This document shows, piece after piece, positions 28,220 to 31,879 of a stretch of 31,879 nt of DNA. Under the pieces are notes generated by a model, which searched no databases, was not told the origin of the DNA, and was given only the letters and a program-made list of their open reading frames with translations. Origin of the DNA: Candidatus Iainarchaeum sp. (GTDB lineage Archaea > Iainarchaeota > Iainarchaeia > Iainarchaeales > JAZDDZ01); NCBI GenBank assembly GCA_043809245.1, contig JAZDDZ010000018.1, positions 1 through 31,879 of the forward strand, written 5' to 3'. The stretch's first letter is position 1; each line of letters starts with the position of its first letter. The position numbers and the translations under genes were made by a program.

Positions 28220-29446
28220 TCAGAATTCATGCTCGATTTTTTTTGCCAGGTGTTTCAGGTTTTCAAGGGCAATCTGTTTCATCAGCAAGGCGAACTTTTT
28301 GTCATCCCTTTTTTCGCTTAATTTTGTAAGATTCATGTATTGGTCCGAGAACCCCACAGGAATTTTTATAAGGGGAAAATTGTTTTGGGTCAGCACTTTA
28401 AGGAATATGGCTCTTGATGTCCTGCTGTTGCCGTCAATGAAGGGATGCATGCGCTGGAATTCATTGTGTAAAAAAGCAGCCTCTTCAACTATCCCGACAG
28501 CCGTGGTTTTTTCCTTTTTTTGGGTTTTAATATTCCCGAAAAAATTCCTTAACAAACTGGGAAGTTCCCGCCATTCCGGGGTTTTAAAATTCGGGTTGCC
28601 TTTTATCCTCACATTATCTGTCCTAAATTGCCCGGCGCCAGCCGCCAATGAATTCATCGCAGTCCTGTGGAAGTCAAGAATTAAGTCTTCCGTTATTGCG
28701 CTTTTGGAAAAAATGAAGCCATCAAGAGCCTTTTTATAATCAAGAACCTGTTGCGCGTCTTTCGCTGGCTTTGAGGCAGGAGCCATATTTTGCATGATCA
28801 TCCTTTCGGTTTCTGATAAAGTGAGTGTGTTTCCTTCAAGGGAAAGGCTCACATAAATAAATCCTATTTCATCAAAATCAAATTTTTGCCTTTCAAGATT
28901 CTTGCATTCTGAAAAGTGTTTTTCTAGCATAGAGTCAACAAAACTTTCATCCAGACAGTCAACAAGCAAAGGGCATTTGACCCCAGTTTTGCCGAAAAAG
29001 TATTCCGCAAGCAATTGGGTGAACTGCGATGGCACGATTTTGCTCAAAAACGGTTTTCTTGACTCAACAATGGCAAACCCGTTTTTCGAAAGCTGCAGGG
29101 CAATTCTCCTGACTGTCTTTGCATCAAACGGCAAACCACTTATTTTACCTTTCTCCAAGCCAAGTTTAACGAATTCGGCAGTTTTCTCCGAAACAACCTT
29201 ATTGTAATCAATTCCATTCTTGAAGCAAAAGTAAACCAATCTTATTAGCTCACCGGCTTTTTTTGTTTTTGACAGGCTGAAAAGTCCTTTTTCATATATA
29301 ACCAGGCCATCCTTTTTTAGTTCCGCAAGCAGGTTATATGCTGCATTGTACGATGTTTGCTTCTTGCCAATCTTTTTTACTATATCAGGGCATGAAATTT
29401 CAGGGTATAGGCCCACAACCAAAAAAACGTCCAAACGTGAAACCAT
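28220..29446 (-). CDS. Fic-domain protein with N-terminal wHTH-like extension
   Basis: SLSLEGN inhibitory-type helix; HPFIDGNSRTSR Fic motif. Confidence 0.9.
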   Translation of the reverse strand: MVSRLDVFLVVGLYPEISCPDIVKKIGKKQTSYNAAYNLLAELKKDGLVIYEKGLFSLSKTKKAGELIRLVYFCFKNGIDYNKVVSEKTAEFVKLGLEKGKISGLPFDAKTVRRIALQLSKNGFAIVESRKPFLSKIVPSQFTQLLAEYFFGKTGVKCPLLVDCLDESFVDSMLEKHFSECKNLERQKFDFDEIGFIYVSLSLEGNTLTLSETERMIMQNMAPASKPAKDAQQVLDYKKALDGFIFSKSAITEDLILDFHRTAMNSLAAGAGQFRTDNVRIKGNPNFKTPEWRELPSLLRNFFGNIKTQKKEKTTAVGIVEEAAFLHNEFQRMHPFIDGNSRTSRAIFLKVLTQNNFPLIKIPVGFSDQYMNLTKLSEKRDDKKFALLMKQIALENLKHLAKKIEHEF

Positions 29447-29529
29447 ACTATTAAATTACTGCAAAAACTTAATAAATATGCCTATAAATGACTAAATATT
29501 AAGTTTTTATTAATTTTAAGTCCTTTATA

Positions 29530-29547
29530 GCCTCAGTCCGCCCATCT
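29530..29547 (-). repeat. Copy 3 of the sRNA 3'-end repeat
   Basis: gcctcagtccgcccatct, exact match. Confidence 0.92.
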
Positions 29548-29595
29548 GACTGAAAGGTGAGGCAGTACTTGCACGTGGTTGGGGGGCAATATATT

Positions 29596-30504
29596 TCAGA
29601 CTTTCCTTCTTGCTTTTGTGCTTTGTATCTTTGACCATGTTTTTGCTCTCTTGAATCTTGCTACCAACTTTTCAAGAGGCTCGGCAGCCGCTATTGGAAG
29701 GAAGCCTAACTTGGCCCTCAGGCTAAGCTCCTTAAAATGACTAATCTCCCTTGAACGTATCTTCTTAGCGTCAGAATAATAGGGTTCTTTCAAATCCGGA
29801 CGAATCTTAAAGAGGGTTCGCCTTTCAACTGCGTGCCTAACCCTTTGCTTCATGTGGTCCTTCAGGCTGGGATGCCTAAAATATACTTTGGCATCATAAA
29901 GAACTTTTATTCTGCCTTTATATTCAAGGTTGATATACCTGTCATCGCCTATATAAGGATGCTCGGGCAGAGGCTTGTTAACTAAGACACTCTTCCTCGC
30001 TGCAAAGCCCATGCCAGTTAGCCTATAGAGTTTATGTTTTATACCTATCCCTGAACCTTCGGCATAGAATGCGGCAAGAGGCCTCCTTTTTTTGGTTGCG
30101 GTAAAAACAGAGGTGGGAACAGGAACTGGTGCAGCGAAATCAATCTTCCTGTCTCTTCTTAATTCTCCTGTCACCTTGCCTATCGAATCCTTCGCAACAA
30201 CGACATCTGCATCAGAGAAATAGATAACATCTGCTTTTCTGCTGGAGTTTTTGGTAATGGTATTGATAGCCCGGTTTTTTCCAGGTTCCTTATTTTCGAT
30301 AAGGTTGATTTCAGGAATCTCTTTTTGGAGATTTCTAACAATTTCGGCAGTTCTGTCAGTTGAGTCGTTCACGCATACGATAATCTCCCTGCCTGACTTT
30401 GAGGAATCTTTCCATGCATCTGACTTAACAATAGACCGTATAGTAGCCTCAATGGATTCCTCCTCATTCCTTGCAGGAATCCCAACACAAAGTAAATCCC
30501 CCAT
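29596..30504 (-). CDS. GT2 family glycosyltransferase
   Basis: IPARNEE, NDSTD.T, GKNRAIN, DAD, DD, QRVR; ATG 30504 preferred over the ORF-track start inside the sRNA. Confidence 0.88.
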   Translation of the reverse strand: MGDLLCVGIPARNEEESIEATIRSIVKSDAWKDSSKSGREIIVCVNDSTDRTAEIVRNLQKEIPEINLIENKEPGKNRAINTITKNSSRKADVIYFSDADVVVAKDSIGKVTGELRRDRKIDFAAPVPVPTSVFTATKKRRPLAAFYAEGSGIGIKHKLYRLTGMGFAARKSVLVNKPLPEHPYIGDDRYINLEYKGRIKVLYDAKVYFRHPSLKDHMKQRVRHAVERRTLFKIRPDLKEPYYSDAKKIRSREISHFKELSLRAKLGFLPIAAAEPLEKLVARFKRAKTWSKIQSTKARRKV

Positions 30505-30545
30505 GGAGAAATAATGTTTAACAAGAATATAAGTTTTTCCTTTTC

Positions 30546-30608
30546 GCCTCAGTCCGCCCATCTATCGTCATCCCTTTCGGTCAGAGTCATCGTCAGTTCA
30601 TCATCGGC
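30546..30608 (-). ncRNA. Box C/D methylation-guide sRNA (63 nt)
   Basis: Minus strand reads GCCG-ATGATGA(C)-ACTGACGATGACT-CTGA(D')-CCGAAAGGG-ATGACGA(C')-TAGATGGGCGGA-CTGA(D)-GGC: 13- and 12-nt guides, GNRA hairpin, GCC/GGC terminal stem, TATA-like box upstream. Confidence 0.88.
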
Positions 30609-30629
30609 AATAATGTAAGTTGAGTGAAG

Positions 30630-30640
30630 AGTTTTTAACT
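30630..30640 (-). promoter_or_regulatory. TATA-like box of the C/D sRNA
   Basis: TTAAAAACT about 22-30 nt upstream of the predicted 5' end, preceded by an A-rich tract. Confidence 0.55.
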
Positions 30641-30647
30641 TGTTTTT

Positions 30648-31565
30648 TCAGCTTCCGATTTGATTCGTCCATTCTTCGGCTGTTTTTTCCGCGGATTCCT
30701 GGCGCTTTCTGATAACTTCATTAATAACATTGCTTGCCGGGTCTGTGTTGTTTTTGCATTTTGTCGCCCAATCATCAGTGTATTTTACTGAAGTGAATAT
30801 TTTTTCCAAAACCGCTTTTGATTCTTCCCACTGGCTTGCCGGAGAGGTATAACCCCAAACGTTAATCCACCAGGTAGTGCCATCCCCAAGGTCAAAAGTC
30901 TGGACAAAATATTTGCCCCTCATTTGCGTTGCATTATTTTCATAAGTTGCTTCAAAGACCTTGGCATCGCATGCCGCAAGGCCTTGAATGCAGACAGACT
31001 GCGCGAACACAGGGGTCAATTCAGCATCAACTCCAACAACCTGCAAATTGCTCGAGCCTGAAAGCGGGGCAACAATCCGGGCAGACGCTGCTTCTGCTGC
31101 AAGGAATGCGGAGACTGGCACATCGTCAATTCCAGCCAAACCGTAAAGCTTGTACATTTGCCTTGCATCCTCAGACTTTAAAACCATTATTTGATTCGCC
31201 ATGTAAGCCGAGCTCTTTCCGCTGGAATCACCCACAGACCAGTTTACAGTGCAATTGTCAACCTGTTTTTCCTCGGCAGCCCAGCCTGCAGGAACTTGAA
31301 GCGTGATTGAATTGTCCTGGGCTTTCCACTCACTGAATTCCAGCCCTGTTTCTTCACCAGGCGCTTGTGCATTAGAATTGTTATATGTTGCCGTGCCGCC
31401 TCCAACTCCACCTTCCCCTTTAGCGCCTGTTTCAGCAGCTGAATTAAGGCCATTAGCGTCTGCCTGCTGTCCGGTGTTTTGAGTTCTTTCAAGAGGCTGT
31501 TGAGTGCAGCCAATAAATAGAACAATGACCAAAATCAGGCAAGCAAGAAAAATTCGCTTTTTCAT
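30648..31565 (-). CDS. Predicted lipoprotein, hypothetical
   Basis: MKKR + hydrophobic + FIGC lipobox; low-complexity linker; SITLQVPAGW start of a globular domain. Confidence 0.8.
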   Translation of the reverse strand: MKKRIFLACLILVIVLFIGCTQQPLERTQNTGQQADANGLNSAAETGAKGEGGVGGGTATYNNSNAQAPGEETGLEFSEWKAQDNSITLQVPAGWAAEEKQVDNCTVNWSVGDSSGKSSAYMANQIMVLKSEDARQMYKLYGLAGIDDVPVSAFLAAEAASARIVAPLSGSSNLQVVGVDAELTPVFAQSVCIQGLAACDAKVFEATYENNATQMRGKYFVQTFDLGDGTTWWINVWGYTSPASQWEESKAVLEKIFTSVKYTDDWATKCKNNTDPASNVINEVIRKRQESAEKTAEEWTNQIGS

Positions 31566-31657
31566 TGATTATATGTAGTTTTCCTAAAATAAAAAACTAT
31601 CGAAAGAGGAAATTAAACCGATTTTATATTATCTAGAGCGGATCTAGTTAATTGCCG

Positions 31658-31676
31658 GTTCATCATCGGCATTAAT
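31658..31676 (-). repeat. Copy of the sRNA 5' end (box C region)
   Basis: gttcatcatcggcattaat versus gttcatcatcggcaataat at 30596-30614 (18/19). Confidence 0.85.
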
Positions 31677-31738
31677 TCAGGGCAATAAAAAGTTTTTAAA
31701 GTGAAACAAAAAGGGCAGGGCGTTGAATCCCGACGGGG

Positions 31739-31879
31739 GTAAGTGCTAACCGCTTATGGCTTTTTTGAGGGTTGGGTAGAGGGGTTTGCCTTGTTGTTTC
31801 CATGTGGCGAACATGGAAGTGATTGTTTCCATTGTTCGTGCGCCGGTTTCGCGGCGTAGTCCGCCAATGATTTTTCTGA
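31739..31879 (-). mobile_element. Right end of a second IS66-family copy, inverted, truncated by the window edge
   Basis: Reverse complement of 1-141 with 4 mismatches; begins GTAAGTGCTAACCGC. Confidence 0.8.

Noticed and set aside
28173-29580. Hammerhead or other ribozyme at repeat copies 2 and 3 (CTGA...GAAA)
   Set aside because: No complete CUGANGA/GAAA core with three stems could be built
30505-30561. N-terminal extension MGGLRRKGK... of the GT2 ORF
   Set aside because: That ATG lies inside the sRNA D guide; the GT2 domain starts right after ATG 30504
26466-30563. CRISPR or TIGR array
   Set aside because: The repeats are 1-1.7 kb apart and separated by whole genes; no cas or Nop-domain gene was recognised; only one complete C/D unit exists
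26466-31676. Classical integron attC sites
   Set aside because: No RYYYAAC...GTTRRRY ends at the junctions and no IntI in the window
1-31879. Linear replicon or virus with terminal inverted repeats
   Set aside because: The repeats begin mid-transposase, are not identical, and enclose core chromosomal genes with no replication or capsid genes

Overview
Archaeal chromosomal fragment, most likely DPANN (Iainarchaeota/Diapherotrites-like; this is inferred from gene content and style). It is probably a whole contig broken at two inward-facing copies of an IS66-family element (141 bp at each end). The core part carries a lipoprotein serpin, Sec61beta, deoxyhypusine synthase, IleRS preceded by an intron-containing tRNA-Ile(UAU), SSB, glycosylation genes, a thermosome subunit, ion transporters, a histone-fold protein, NUDIX, MscL and MarC, interspersed with four small toxin-antitoxin modules. 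The most unusual region is 26.4-31.7 kb. An unannotated, canonical-looking C/D box guide sRNA (30546-30608, minus strand) has its 3' 18 bp repeated three times downstream and its 5' end plus TATA-like box repeated once upstream. These repeats delimit four co-oriented 1.0-1.7 kb cassettes (type IV TA-like pair, Fic protein, GT2, lipoprotein). This looks like an integron-like tandem cassette array built on a C/D sRNA gene; no recombinase is present in the window.
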